DNA from: Candidatus Delongbacteria bacterium
Lineage (GTDB): Bacteria > CAIWAD01
Direction: 5' to 3'
DNA: 64,000 nucleotides
NCBI GenBank assembly: GCA_963663545.1
Contig: OY760505.1
Coordinates: 3,520,001 to 3,584,000 of the forward strand
The position numbers and the translations under genes were made by a program. Shown piece after piece: positions 49,620 to 60,451 of the stretch. Position 1 is the first letter of the stretch; the number at the start of each line of letters is the position of its first letter. Under the pieces are notes generated by a model, which was not told the origin of the DNA, made no database searches, and was given only the letters and a program-made list of their open reading frames with translations.

Positions 49620-50024
49620 ATCCCCGGCAGTCAAGTCCATCAGCTTGTGCATCATCAGCCAGGCGGTATTGTGATTGACGTTCAGATGTTGCGCAAACTC
49701 CAGGTTGGACATGCCGGACTTGGTCTGGCTGAGGAAGTAGATCGCCAGGAATCAGGCATGCAAGGGCTGCTTGGTGCTGTGAAAGATTGTTCCAGCAGTC
49801 AGCGAAGTCTGCAGCCGGCAGCTGGTGCACTGAAACAACGAACGATTGCGCAATGTGTGCCCCTTTGTGCAACTGCAATAGGGGCAGACGAAGCCCTTAG
49901 GCCAACGGCTTCTGTGAAGCGCTTGTTCACATTTGTCTTCAGTTTCGAAACGCTGCATGAACTCGAGGAAGGTGAATCCTCTGCGGAACTGGATTCTGGT
50001 GCCCTGGCTTATGATGTCCTCCAT
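49620..50024 (-). pseudogene. IS1595-family transposase N-terminal remnant
   Basis: RWPKGFVCPYC...FQCTSC...TAGTIF zinc ribbon; in-frame TGA at 49752; HTH TAWLMMHKL; no DDE domain. Confidence 0.82.
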
Positions 50025-50189
50025 GTTGATGCCATGAAGAACGGCTGGGAGTGGGACATTATGTAGATCGATTATTGTTATTCCACGAGATAGGATGCAG
50101 AGTATGCTAGAAAGCCAGGACGAACGATTCTGCGGTCCCCCTTGAAGAGCTCGCGCGGCAATACGATCGTGAGCAATGGTAGCCGGCCA

Positions 50190-50888
50190 TTACGCTGACA
50201 CGGCACTGTGTCCTAGGTCGAGTAACAGGATCTCTGCATCCCCCAATGCACGAAAGGAGATCGATGGTTCGTTACCAATGCTGGCGCCATCACCGCTATA
50301 CAGGACGAAGTCAGCGTATGCGATTTCCCCATGCACAACCTGCAGCCATGCACTGTGCCCTGGTGCCAAGGCGTGAACCAGATGTTGGCCAATTCGCAGC
50401 AAGGACGAGTAGAGTAGCGCGTCGGCGCGGATGCGCAATGAACCCTTGCGGCCATCAGGAGACGCTACGATGCGTAGTATGCCTCGGCGCTCGGCGATTG
50501 TAAAGCGCCTCTGCTCAAGGCTGGTGTCGAGATCGGGTCCAAAGGCCTGCATCACAATCCGAAAGACATGTGCCCAATTGCTTTCTGAGGCATTTCGTTC
50601 GCTCAGGCGAAGGTGTCCTTCGGCGCTCGTTCGCTGGAACTCGCCACTCTGCACCATGGTGGTGCGCCCCTTCCCGTCCTCCTGCGCAAGCGTACCCTCG
50701 TGGACGTAGGTCATGACATCGTCTCCGTTTCGCGAGCGCGACTCGGTGCCTGCACCCGGGGGAATGCGGTTCTCGACCAGAGCCAGCAAAGATCCGAAGC
50801 CGGAAGCGGAGGGGTCGAAGCTAAACCAGAACTCCTGGCCCATGACCCGCTCGTGGTGGCGCTCGCTGGATCTGCGCAGGGAGATCAT
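50190..50888 (-). CDS. pirin-like bicupin
   Basis: FGSLLAL.E, MTYVHEG, IVASPDGRKGSL and WLQVVHG motifs. Confidence 0.8.
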   Translation of the reverse strand: MISLRRSSERHHERVMGQEFWFSFDPSASGFGSLLALVENRIPPGAGTESRSRNGDDVMTYVHEGTLAQEDGKGRTTMVQSGEFQRTSAEGHLRLSERNASESNWAHVFRIVMQAFGPDLDTSLEQRRFTIAERRGILRIVASPDGRKGSLRIRADALLYSSLLRIGQHLVHALAPGHSAWLQVVHGEIAYADFVLYSGDGASIGNEPSISFRALGDAEILLLDLGHSAVSA

Positions 50889-51114
50889 CGGTCTGTACCC
50901 GCGTGCAACCTTCGGCAGTGCTCCCGCAACCGGGTACAGGAGCACAAAAACGCGGACAAGGTCGGTACATCATGCCGCTGGGCAATAGAAGTGTCGCTCC
51001 GCGAAGATGGGGGATCACTCTGCTTCGTTCCAGGCGGTTCGGACCCGGTAGTCAGGATGAGTCGCTGCATTCTATCTCCCTGGGTGTTGCAACGGTAAGT
51101 ATACGGGCACGGGA

Positions 51115-51610
51115 GTACCGGAAGTAGAAGCGAACCCCGATGGCTCCATTGATATCGAAGTCCGTGTCAGGTAGCACGTCCAGAATCGGCACGATCTCAA
51201 GAAAGAACTCCAGCGGCGCCGTCGCTGGCAGGAAGGCCAAGCCAAGCGGCACTCGAATGCCGATCATCGCATCGTTGGCGTTGTGTCCTTCATAGGAATT
51301 ATCGTTCACCAGCCTTGCCCGTCCGCCGATACCGTATTAGACCAGCAACTCTGCCTTCCCGGATTCGGTTAAGGCAACTGAACTCGTGCACAAGGTAGTC
51401 CGCATGGAACCGGAAGCCCTGGTTCTCTACGAGAGACCAAGCCGCCACAGCGTTAATACCACACTCCGGGCTGATCCAGCTCTTCATATTGATGCCAGCC
51501 GGTTCCACCCGGGATCAGACCGAGTCCGAACCCATCTACCATTCTGGCGGTGGCGACGGACGCCAGGGTGGCCAAAGCCACAAAAGTCGTTGTCTGACAA
51601 AGCAATCATG
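51115..51610 (-). pseudogene. frameshifted outer-membrane beta-barrel-like protein (DUF3996-like)
   Basis: EPAGINMKSW..FHADYL and GIRVPLGL..EFFLEIVP..GAIGVRFYF lie in different frames. Confidence 0.6.
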
Positions 51611-51720
51611 TCTCCCGCGTGATGGCCAGGCGTGCAGCGGCGGAACCCACTCCCGTAGTCTTGCACTTTGGCGATTCCGCCAGGTAATGAGCTGGCTCAT
51701 GGCTTGCAGATGGCATCAAG

Positions 51721-52026
51721 TTAGCTCTTGTCACGGGCCACCACCCTGCTAATGTCCAAGTTCACCTTGGCACTTAGTCGATCCAGCTCGGACTGGACCA
51801 TCCCCAACTCCTGCTTCATCCGCTTCACAAACTCAGCATTTTTCGTGTGCGCGTAGTCTTCCAACGCCTGGTCGGCTTGCCTTTGCTTCTGCCTGACTTC
51901 ACCCAATTCGGCTGCCACTGAAGGCTGTGCCATGTCGGGGTCCAACCGCCTGCATTCCTGGGGCGACTCGTTGAAGAGGGAGTTCTCAGCTTTGTCGGGC
52001 GTCTGCTCAGGATCGGGATGTATCAT
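51721..52026 (-). CDS. hypothetical coiled-coil protein or remnant
   Basis: AGGAG before ATG; same strand as the upstream operon. Confidence 0.4.
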   Translation of the reverse strand: MIHPDPEQTPDKAENSLFNESPQECRRLDPDMAQPSVAAELGEVRQKQRQADQALEDYAHTKNAEFVKRMKQELGMVQSELDRLSAKVNLDISRVVARDKS

Positions 52027-52081
52027 CGAGTTCTCCTACTCTTGAATACCTCAGCTTCTTCAGATCGACACAAGCCCAGGA

Positions 52082-52927
52082 TTAATGCTGACTAGTCGCG
52101 GTTGAACGCACAATGACAATCTCGACTCGACGGTTCTTCGCGCGACCCTCAACGGTAGCATTGTCTGCAAGTGGATGTGTCTCACCCATGCCGCTGGACT
52201 TGATCAGAAAGGATCTGTAACCACGCTGTACAAATACATCGCGGACGCAGTCTGCCCTCGCCTGTGACAGCGTCTGATTATGGCCTTCGCTGCCCTGCGA
52301 GTCGGTGTGGCCCTCGATCAGCAAGTTGCGCTCCGGGACTTCGAGCAGTGCAGTAGCCAACTGATCCAGACGCGTTCTGGCGGCAGGCAGCAAGGTGGAA
52401 CTGTTGGTGGCGAAGAGCACATTGCCCGACAAGGATATGACCAGGCCGCGAGCATCTTCCGTGACAATGGCCAGCTTAGCCAGTGCTGCAGTCGTTCTTT
52501 GCTCTGCAGCTGCTAGAGCATCGCTCTGCCTCGTGGCCATCTGCTCCGACTTGGCCTGAGCCAACTCCTGCTGCGCGTTCTCGGCTATCTCACTTTGGGA
52601 GGCCAACAGATCCGCCTGGGCCTGAGTCCGGCGCTGCTTCTCGATTGCGACGGATGCGGTCGCTTCGGCGATCTCTGCTTTTCGCAGCGCAATGTAGGCC
52701 AGGTCGCGTGTCTCCGCAGACTTGGGTTTGTCTTCGAAGGCCGCCTCTGCCAGCTGAAGCGCTAGATCAGCCTGATGCAGCTCGACCGGAGCGACCTGGG
52801 CGGCGTCACCGGCCGCTGCGCGCTGGTTCGCAGTACGGGCCTCGGTCAATTCGTGTGGAACGGTTGCCGCGCAGCCGCCGATAAGTACGGCGCAGGCGGC
52901 AAGGAGCAAGGTTCTGCAGATCTTCAT
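52082..52927 (-). CDS. OmpA-family lipoprotein with DUF4398-like N-terminus
   Basis: Lipobox IGGC; IEGHTDSQG, LSQARA and NRRVEI motifs. Confidence 0.88.
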   Translation of the reverse strand: MKICRTLLLAACAVLIGGCAATVPHELTEARTANQRAAAGDAAQVAPVELHQADLALQLAEAAFEDKPKSAETRDLAYIALRKAEIAEATASVAIEKQRRTQAQADLLASQSEIAENAQQELAQAKSEQMATRQSDALAAAEQRTTAALAKLAIVTEDARGLVISLSGNVLFATNSSTLLPAARTRLDQLATALLEVPERNLLIEGHTDSQGSEGHNQTLSQARADCVRDVFVQRGYRSFLIKSSGMGETHPLADNATVEGRAKNRRVEIVIVRSTATSQH

Positions 52928-52969
52928 GGGTTCTCCAATCGTTGTCTTCGTGTTGTGGCCGACACGGGT

Positions 52970-53350
52970 CTAGCGCTTGCTCTGAGGGAGCTTGTTTTTC
53001 TGCCTCAGTTCCTGAACAAGCGCAATTGCGGCCTCGGCTTCCTGCCTCACGGTTTTCTCACTGGCCAGCAATACTGCTAGTTGCGCGTCTGCAACCACTC
53101 GGTTGAGCATTAACTCGGCCAGTTCTTGTTTACCCCTGGCGGCCAAGGCGCGCGCCAGGTCCAACTGCTCTCTGGCTAGTTGCAGATGGAGCGCGGCCTG
53201 AGGAACTGCTGCAGCCCCCACGGCTTCCGCAGCGCTGATGGCTGATGTAGAGGCCTCGGTGCGCAAGGGTACAGATGAGCACCCCACCAGCACCACACTC
53301 GCCAGGATGGCCAGTGTGAAATGTGCGATTCTAGATTTCGTGACATACAT
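52970..53350 (-). CDS. DUF4398-like lipoprotein
   Basis: Lipobox LVGC; AAEAVGA..PQAALHLQLA; AAGGAGG before ATG 53350. Confidence 0.8.
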   Translation of the reverse strand: MYVTKSRIAHFTLAILASVVLVGCSSVPLRTEASTSAISAAEAVGAAAVPQAALHLQLAREQLDLARALAARGKQELAELMLNRVVADAQLAVLLASEKTVRQEAEAAIALVQELRQKNKLPQSKR

Positions 53351-53516
53351 CACGATGTCCTCCTTTTGATCGGTCGTATTCTCTCTGTCTGGCACCCAGC
53401 CTTGGCCAGGCCACCTACCAGCATTGGTCGCATCGCCGCTAAACGAGACGGGCAGGCAGGCAGCCGGAACACGGCGGCCAGGGGTCGGGCGCAAGCCCTT
53501 CCCCGCGAAGATCCCT

Positions 53517-53532
53517 TGCACGACCTGGGCCA
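53517..53532 (-). promoter_or_regulatory. sigma-54 -24/-12 promoter
   Basis: TGGCCCAGGTCGTGCA (GG-N10-GC). Confidence 0.55.
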
Positions 53533-53624
53533 TGTTTCCAACACGATATAATTTAACGACTTAAGAAATTTTGTTTTTTTATGTCGATATATTTCGATCA
53601 GAATGAAATCAAATTACTATCATT

Positions 53625-55322
53625 TTGATCGAACGGAGGTGCGTAATCAAAATTAACGATCTACACCACAAGGAGTTGCTGGAGCTAGATCCAGAAGGGG
53701 GCACGATCCGCTTTGCGGGTCAACGGGTTTTGTTACTCGATGCCACCGCGATGGGCTTACTGCGAAAGTACCTTGTTGAGAATTTTGGCTTAACAGCCGC
53801 ACGCACAGTGCTCACCCAGTTTGGATTCGCCCACGGCTGGCGCATGGCCGAAGCAATGAATGCAGAGTTCAGTTGGGCCAGTCAGAAAGATTGGCAGCTG
53901 TCGGGTACTCGCATCAGTATGCTGGAGGGGCTGTTTCTTGTCGAGCCGGGAAGCGAGAACCCACTCAGCCGCAAGGGTGCATTGCTGCTCTCGTCCTACG
54001 AAGCCGAGCAGCACCTGCTGCACTTCGGTCGTTCCGACAGCGCCGTTTGCTGGACCATCTGTGGGCTTATGAGCGGCCATCTCAGCCATGTGTGCGGGAA
54101 GGAAATCTTTGTGCTCGAGGATCGCTGCCTGGGCAGAGGACACGCCGCCTGTCACTTGGTTGGCCGAACAAGGGAGGACTGGGGCAGCGAGCGCACCGAG
54201 GACCTGAGCTTCTATGCGACTGGCCAGTTGGAAGAGTGCCTCGCTGTCTCCTTGCAGCGTGTGATCAAAACCCTCAAAGCCGCCGAGACCAAGTTGCGCG
54301 CCCACCATCGCAAGTTGACCCACGTGATTCCGGAACCGATGGCGCCCCAGGGAATCGTCGCCCAGAGTCGTTCCATGCAGCGAATCGTGGACCTGGGACG
54401 GCGCGTAGCAAAGGTCGATGCCACCGTACTGATCATTGGTGAAAGCGGCACAGGCAAGGAGCGCATTGCCAGGCTGATCCACGATGAATCCACTCGCGCC
54501 GCGGGTCCATTCATTGCGGTCAACTGCGGAGCCATCGCAGAGACACTGCTCGAGAGCGAACTCTTTGGCCATGCCCGTGGAGCCTTCACCGGCGCCAACT
54601 CTGACCGGCCCGGACTCTTTGAGGCGGCCAACCGGGGCACCCTCTTGCTGGACGAAGTCGGCGAAGTATCACCGGGCATGCAGGTCAAGTTGCTGCGCGT
54701 ACTCCAGGAGCGCGAGATCCGCCGCGTGGGAGAAAACCGCAGCCGTCCTGTCAACGTGCGCATCCTGGCGGCCACCAATCGCGATCTGTCCCGCACCGTG
54801 GTTGACGGCAGTTTCCGCCAGGATCTCTACTACCGCCTAAAAGTGGTGGAGCTGCTGGTGCCGCCCCTGCGCGACCGCCGGGAAGACGTGCTGCCCTTAG
54901 CACGCCTGTTGCTGGCGGATGCAGCACAGCGCATGGAGCGCCAGATCAACGGCCTCGCCCCGGGCGCCGCCGAGGAGTTGCTGCGCTACTCATGGCCAGG
55001 CAACGTGCGCGAGCTGGAAAACGTGATGGAGCGCGCTGTGGCACTGGCCTGCGGCACGCGGGTCGAGGTGGAGGACCTGCCTGCGGAACTGCATTCAGAA
55101 CCAGGCTTTCCACGTGTGGACACAGGCGTCGTTCGCCCCCTGGTCGAGGTGGAACAGGAGTACATCCTGGCAGCCCTCAAACTCAACGACGGCAATCAGA
55201 CTCGCACGGCAGCCCAGCTGGGCATTGGTACGGCCACCCTCTATCGCAAACTCAAGAAGTACGGCATGCCACCGCGCCCCAACGAAAGCAATGCAGCGAA
55301 GGGGAACAGAGATCATCCCTGA
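53625..55322 (+). CDS. sigma-54 enhancer-binding protein with XylR-N/V4R sensor and Fis HTH
   Basis: [21 protein letters not shown] and WPGNVREL motifs; true start may be 53646. Confidence 0.92.
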   Translation: MIERRCVIKINDLHHKELLELDPEGGTIRFAGQRVLLLDATAMGLLRKYLVENFGLTAARTVLTQFGFAHGWRMAEAMNAEFSWASQKDWQLSGTRISMLEGLFLVEPGSENPLSRKGALLLSSYEAEQHLLHFGRSDSAVCWTICGLMSGHLSHVCGKEIFVLEDRCLGRGHAACHLVGRTREDWGSERTEDLSFYATGQLEECLAVSLQRVIKTLKAAETKLRAHHRKLTHVIPEPMAPQGIVAQSRSMQRIVDLGRRVAKVDATVLIIGESGTGKERIARLIHDESTRAAGPFIAVNCGAIAETLLESELFGHARGAFTGANSDRPGLFEAANRGTLLLDEVGEVSPGMQVKLLRVLQEREIRRVGENRSRPVNVRILAATNRDLSRTVVDGSFRQDLYYRLKVVELLVPPLRDRREDVLPLARLLLADAAQRMERQINGLAPGAAEELLRYSWPGNVRELENVMERAVALACGTRVEVEDLPAELHSEPGFPRVDTGVVRPLVEVEQEYILAALKLNDGNQTRTAAQLGIGTATLYRKLKKYGMPPRPNESNAAKGNRDHP

Positions 55323-55613
55323 TACTCGCCTGCTGCCCCTGCTTCCTCTGAGTTGATACACAGAGCACCACAAGCGCCTGACGCTACCCAAGCTCCCCGC
55401 ATCCGCTGTACTCCCTTCTCGCTGTTGCTGCGGGCGAGCACAGGTTCAATCAAACTGAGGGAAGAGGATCATCGTTATGATCGATCACAGCGGAATCCAG
55501 GGTGGTAAGAAGCTTGCTGATTTATTGAAATCGCGGCGGCAGTCGGCGTTAACCAAAGCTGGGGCAGCAGAAAATGCCGGAAATGGACCACGGCACCCGC
55601 CGAATCAAGGAAG

Positions 55614-55629
55614 TGGCCGTTGAATTGCA
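55614..55629 (+). promoter_or_regulatory. sigma-54 -24/-12 promoter
   Basis: TGGCCGTTGAATTGCA. Confidence 0.7.
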
Positions 55630-55712
55630 TGATGCGCTATGATAGTGGATAGCAAGCCAGATGCGCTTTCAGTTGCTGAGGCTGCACCATTCAGAACAGA
55701 AGGAGGAAATTC

Positions 55713-55868
55713 ATGCTACTCGCAATCGCACTCATTCTACTACTGCTTTGGGCAGTGGGATTGCTCACCTCGGTAACCATGGGTGGGCTCGTTCACGTCC
55801 TGCTGGTTGCTGCCATCGTGGTAGTGTTGATCAGGGTGATTCAAGGTCGACGCATTCTAAAACCTTAG
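55713..55868 (+). CDS. lmo0937-family (DUF5670) small membrane protein, absent from the ORF track
   Basis: AAGGAGG then MLLAIALILLLLWAVGLLTSVTMGGLVHVLLVAAIVVVLIRVIQGRRILKP. Confidence 0.85.
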   Translation: MLLAIALILLLLWAVGLLTSVTMGGLVHVLLVAAIVVVLIRVIQGRRILKP

Positions 55869-56003
55869 CTGGGGCGAGGGCCTTTCCTCGAACCAGTACA
55901 GTCGGCACCGCCGCTGTACGCGAGTACCACCCGGTGCTATCCTGGGACGGTGGCGTTCCCATACAGATAAGAATCACCCTATCCTTAAGCATTAGAGGTT
56001 CCT

Positions 56004-57191
56004 ATGAGAAATTATACACGTTTCATCACGGGTCTGGCAGTCACAGTGGGAGTGGTGGGCTCAGCGCACGCCATTTCACTGTTGGACTACACATTTCCCA
56101 CCAGTACCACGCAACAGGCCTACCTGAACGGCACATTCAACGCCAACGGCACCTCCGCCGACACAACCCAGGTGGGCTTCACCTTGGGCGGATCCGGCAA
56201 CTATTGGCTGGCCTTGCGCTCGCTCCCCTTCAGTTATGATGTGTCACTCGGAGCCAGCGTCAGCACCAGCCGATCCACCATCGACGGAGCGTCGACCGAG
56301 GACGCCTGGGACATCAACATGGCCACCAACCTGGACAAGTACTTCAACAACGAAGACAACTTCTTCGTCTACGGCGGCGCTTCTGCCGACTACCGCAGGC
56401 TGATCTTGCAGGACGAGGCCGATGATCCCCGCATCGATGTCGAAGCTGGACTGGGCTTCGGGCGTACCATCAACGCCACCGTGCTGAAGCAAGCCGTTCG
56501 CATGGACGAGGACTTCGTCAAGTATGGCATCACTACGCGCGGCATGCCCGATGCGGCCCTGTTGAAACTAGCTGCGGTCATCGATCGTGAGAGCGAGTTC
56601 CGCAGCCGCTACGGCCCTGTGGAGTACCGCAAGTACTGGTACGGCGAGATGGAAAGCGTCCTGCAGGACGCCGGGGTACTGGCGACAGAGACGATGGGCG
56701 CCATGGGTACGCTGCGCATCCAGGAGGTAATGGCCGAACCCACCGCCCAACGTTGGCACGGCTGGCAGGTGCGTTTGGGAGTCGGCTCGCGCATCTCAGA
56801 CTACAACGGTTCCAGTGGAGATCCGGCCCTCACTGCGCGCCTGGACTGGCACAGGCCGGTGGGCATGGATCTGCAGTTCAGCAACAAAGCGTCGATCGCG
56901 ACCGTGTTTGCCGACGACCTCTCCTACAACCTCGAGGACCTGTTCCGCGTAGACTATGAGATTTCCAACCGCATCGACTGGTACAACAGTCTCATGGCCC
57001 GGATCGACATTCCGACCGCAACCGATGCAGAGAACGTCACGGAAGTGACTCTGGCCAGCACCTTCATCCTCTACCTGGAGAACCGGCTTTCCTTCAATCC
57101 TGAGATACAGTTCAACTACCGCGACGACGGTATTGAGGACGCGGAATGGAACTGGGTTCTCCTTGGTGGAATCACGTACCGCTTGAAATAA
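56004..57191 (+). CDS. secreted, probable outer-membrane beta-barrel protein
   Basis: Signal peptide, alternating beta-strand pattern, C-terminal GGITYRLK. Confidence 0.7.
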   Translation: MRNYTRFITGLAVTVGVVGSAHAISLLDYTFPTSTTQQAYLNGTFNANGTSADTTQVGFTLGGSGNYWLALRSLPFSYDVSLGASVSTSRSTIDGASTEDAWDINMATNLDKYFNNEDNFFVYGGASADYRRLILQDEADDPRIDVEAGLGFGRTINATVLKQAVRMDEDFVKYGITTRGMPDAALLKLAAVIDRESEFRSRYGPVEYRKYWYGEMESVLQDAGVLATETMGAMGTLRIQEVMAEPTAQRWHGWQVRLGVGSRISDYNGSSGDPALTARLDWHRPVGMDLQFSNKASIATVFADDLSYNLEDLFRVDYEISNRIDWYNSLMARIDIPTATDAENVTEVTLASTFILYLENRLSFNPEIQFNYRDDGIEDAEWNWVLLGGITYRLK

Positions 57192-57290
57192 CACGACTGA
57201 ACCAAGCCCTGAGGGAGGAACGGCGCAACGAACACGTGACGCCGTCTCCACCCCCGGGGACTGAGTACGACAAATCATCACGAGGACACT

Positions 57291-57656
57291 ATGGATTCGA
57301 CGAGCAACGAGAAAATAGCGCAGGCCCTGGAACTACTCGAGGCCGCCGCGCGGGAAAAGAAAGACGAGTTACGCGAGCTGTTCAAGGACCGCTACTCGCA
57401 TCTGGCAAGCGTACTGATGGAGACCGAGCGTTCGGTGATCCAGCAGCTGTTCGCTACGCTGAAGGAAGAGATCGAAGCGCTGGTTCGCGCCAAGAACCTG
57501 GGCCAGGAGAAGGTGCAGGATGCCGCAATCGCCGTGGATGACCACGTCCACGGCAATCCTTGGCCCTACATCGGTGCCGCCGCCGCTGTCTCCTTGGTGG
57601 GTGGCTACCTGATGGGCAGCAAGACGCATTGTTCCCATACGCGAGCTGAATCTTGA
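57291..57656 (+). CDS. ElaB/YqjD/DUF883-like protein
   Basis: Helical N-terminus then VHGNPWPYIGAAAAVSLVGGYL. Confidence 0.78.
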   Translation: MDSTSNEKIAQALELLEAAAREKKDELRELFKDRYSHLASVLMETERSVIQQLFATLKEEIEALVRAKNLGQEKVQDAAIAVDDHVHGNPWPYIGAAAAVSLVGGYLMGSKTHCSHTRAES

Positions 57657-58039
57657 TGCAGCTCTTGTCTTCCTTGTTGAAGCGCGTATCGCAGGGCGTG
57701 CTCGCGCCCTACGGTCGTGTGCTATTGGATCTGCTGCAGATCGAGGCAGCGGCCAACATGGTGAGCAGTGTCCGCACCGCGCGCCAGCTCTTCCTGGGCG
57801 GCTTGGTCATGGTCATCCTGGCCATGCTGGCGATCACGGGTTTGGTACTGGCGCATTTCGCGCTGTACACCCTGCTGCCGACGCCCACGAACACCATTGT
57901 ACTGCTGGCCCTGGGGATTCTCTACCTGCTTGTCGTTGCGCTGGTTCTGCTCTGGGTCAGCCGCGAGAAGACCTGGATGGAGCTTTCGGGGGCCGCACAC
58001 AAGGTGGACCAGGCGACTGGCAAAGCGCCACCGGACTAG
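57653..58039 (+). CDS. 2-TM membrane protein (YqjE/holin-X-like)
   Basis: Two TM segments; overlaps the DUF883 stop. Confidence 0.6.
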   Translation: MMQLLSSLLKRVSQGVLAPYGRVLLDLLQIEAAANMVSSVRTARQLFLGGLVMVILAMLAITGLVLAHFALYTLLPTPTNTIVLLALGILYLLVVALVLLWVSREKTWMELSGAAHKVDQATGKAPPD

Positions 58040-58162
58040 CTTGTGAATTGCTGGGGCTGTTCGCCATGAATGGTGAAGTGGGAAGTTGATACTCGCTATG
58101 CAAGCATCCGGATAACATCCTCGCGGTTCATCGCGGCACAGCAGCAAGAAAGGGAACACCTG

Positions 58163-60451
58163 GTGATCAATGGTCTGATGCAAATGCCCCTCAGCCGCAT
58201 TTCCTTCATCGGCAACTACCTGCCCCGCCTGTGCGGCATCGCCACCTTCACCTACGACTTGTGCGAAGCCGTCTCTACCCGCTACCCCGAGGCGACCAGC
58301 ATCGCCATCCCGGTAAACGACACCGCGGCTGGCTACGCCTATCCTCCTCGCGTGCGCTTCGAGCTGGCCGAGAAGGACATCGACTCCTATCGCCGGGCCG
58401 CGGACTTCCTCAACATCAACAACGTTGATTTGGTCAGTCTGCAGTTCGAATACGGCATCTTCGGCGGATGCGCGGGCAGCCACATCCTGGCCCTGCTGCG
58501 CGAGCTGCGCATGCCCATCGTCACTACGCTCCACACGATCCTGAATGAACCGGATCCCGACCAGCGCCGCGTGCTCGAAGAGGTGGCGGCCCTGTCCGAC
58601 CGGCTGGTGGTCATGAGCGCGCGCGGGGCGGAGTTCCTCAGCGACATCTACGGAGTGGCGACGGACAAGATCGACGTCATCCCCCACGGCATCCACGATG
58701 TGCCCTTCATCGATCCGAGCTTCAACAAGGATCTCTTTGGTGTCGAGGGAAAGATCGTGCTGCTTAGCTTCGGCCTGCTCTCGGCCAACAAAGGGATCGA
58801 GACCGTCATCTCGGCCCTGCCCGCCATTGTAGCACGCTACCCGAGCGTGGTGTACATCATTCTGGGCGCCACACACCCCCACGTGCTCCAACACGAGGGC
58901 GAGAGCTACCGACTGTCGCTGCAGTGGCTGGCCCAGGAAAAGGGCGTGGAAGCCCATGTGGCCTTCTACAACCGCTTCGTCAGCCTGGAGGAACTGATCC
59001 AGTTCATCGGTGCTGCCGACATCTACATCACACCCTACCTCAATGCGCAACAGATCGTCTCCGGCACCCTCGCCTACACCGTGGGCGCGGGCAAGGCCGT
59101 GATCTCAACCCCGTACTGGTACGCCGAGGATCTGCTAGCCGAGGGTCGAGGCGTGTTGACGCCTTTCCGCAATGCGGAGGCCATGGCCGAGCACGTGATC
59201 GATCTGCTGGACAATGAGCCCAAGCGGCACGCCATGCGCAAAAAGGCCTACCTCTACGGACGGGCCATGATCTGGCCCCACGTCGCGGAACTCTACATGG
59301 ACAGCTTCAACCGGGCCCGCGCCGAACGTCGGCACTTCGTCCCGAGCGGCATCTCGACACGAGCGCTGGACAAGCAGTTGGGCGAGCTACCCCCGCTCAG
59401 GCTGGACCACCTGCGCCACATGACGGACATGACTGGCATGTTGCAGCACGCCATTTTCACCGTGCCCAACTACCGTGAAGGCTACACGACGGACGACAAC
59501 GCCCGTGCCCTGATGGTCAGCGCTTTGCTGGAAGCGCTGGGCAACAGCGAAGCACTGGATCTGGCCGTGCGCTACCTGGCCTTTATCGAATACGCTTTCA
59601 ATAACGGCACAGGCCGCTTTCACAATACGATGGACTACCAGCGTCGCTGGACCGAGGAGCGCGGTTCTGACGACAGCCACGGTCGCGCGCTGTGGGCGCT
59701 GGGCACGGTGATGGGCCGCTCGAATACCGCCGCCCTGCAGAGCATGGCCGGACGCGTTTTCGAACGAGCACTACCCGCCATTCTCGAGACCACTAGCCCG
59801 CGTGCCTGGGCCTTTGCGCTCTTGGGCATTCACGAATACGTCCAGCGTTTCGAAGGCGACCGCCGGGCGGGCCAGGTGCGCGAAGAGCTGGCGGGGCGCC
59901 TGCTTGCGCTGTACAGGGTGCACCGCAAGGAAGACTGGCACTGGTTCGAGCCCGGCTTGAGCTACTGCAACGCTGCGCTGCCGCACGCCCTGCTGATGTG
60001 TGGTAGCACCATCCCCGACGAGGCCATGAGCGAAATCGGCCTCGAATCGCTGATCTGGCTCTCGGACCTGCAGCTGGCGGAAAGCGAAACCCGGCACTTT
60101 GTCCCCATCGGCTCCAACGGCTTCTTCGAGCGAGGTGGCGAGCGGGCCCTGTTCGACCAGCAGCCCATCGAAGCCCAGGCGATGGTATCGGCCTGCCTCG
60201 AAGCCCACGGGATCACCGGGGACGAGCGCTGGCGCAGAGAAGCACGTTGCGCCTTTGAGTGGTTCCTGGGCCGCAACGACCTGGGGTTGACGATCTACGA
60301 CCCGACCACCGGCGGCTGCCGCGACGGCTTGCATCCCGACCGCGTGAACGAGAACCAGGGTGCAGAATCCACCCTGGCCTTCCTGCAGGCGCTATTGGAA
60401 TTGCGGCTGGCGGAGCACGCAGCCCTTACCCAGAAAGCGAGACTCACATGA
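58163..60451 (+). CDS. GT4 glycosyltransferase fused to a C-terminal helical-barrel-like domain
   Basis: PRLCGIATF, FGLLSANKG, SGTLAY; C-terminal YTTDDNARAL, FDQQP and NQGAES; start uncertain (58070-58184). Confidence 0.88.
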   Translation: MINGLMQMPLSRISFIGNYLPRLCGIATFTYDLCEAVSTRYPEATSIAIPVNDTAAGYAYPPRVRFELAEKDIDSYRRAADFLNINNVDLVSLQFEYGIFGGCAGSHILALLRELRMPIVTTLHTILNEPDPDQRRVLEEVAALSDRLVVMSARGAEFLSDIYGVATDKIDVIPHGIHDVPFIDPSFNKDLFGVEGKIVLLSFGLLSANKGIETVISALPAIVARYPSVVYIILGATHPHVLQHEGESYRLSLQWLAQEKGVEAHVAFYNRFVSLEELIQFIGAADIYITPYLNAQQIVSGTLAYTVGAGKAVISTPYWYAEDLLAEGRGVLTPFRNAEAMAEHVIDLLDNEPKRHAMRKKAYLYGRAMIWPHVAELYMDSFNRARAERRHFVPSGISTRALDKQLGELPPLRLDHLRHMTDMTGMLQHAIFTVPNYREGYTTDDNARALMVSALLEALGNSEALDLAVRYLAFIEYAFNNGTGRFHNTMDYQRRWTEERGSDDSHGRALWALGTVMGRSNTAALQSMAGRVFERALPAILETTSPRAWAFALLGIHEYVQRFEGDRRAGQVREELAGRLLALYRVHRKEDWHWFEPGLSYCNAALPHALLMCGSTIPDEAMSEIGLESLIWLSDLQLAESETRHFVPIGSNGFFERGGERALFDQQPIEAQAMVSACLEAHGITGDERWRREARCAFEWFLGRNDLGLTIYDPTTGGCRDGLHPDRVNENQGAESTLAFLQALLELRLAEHAALTQKARLT

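Noticed and set aside
53390..53406. Plus-strand TGGCAC sigma-54 promoter
   Set aside because: Spacing to the -12 GC is wrong by one base
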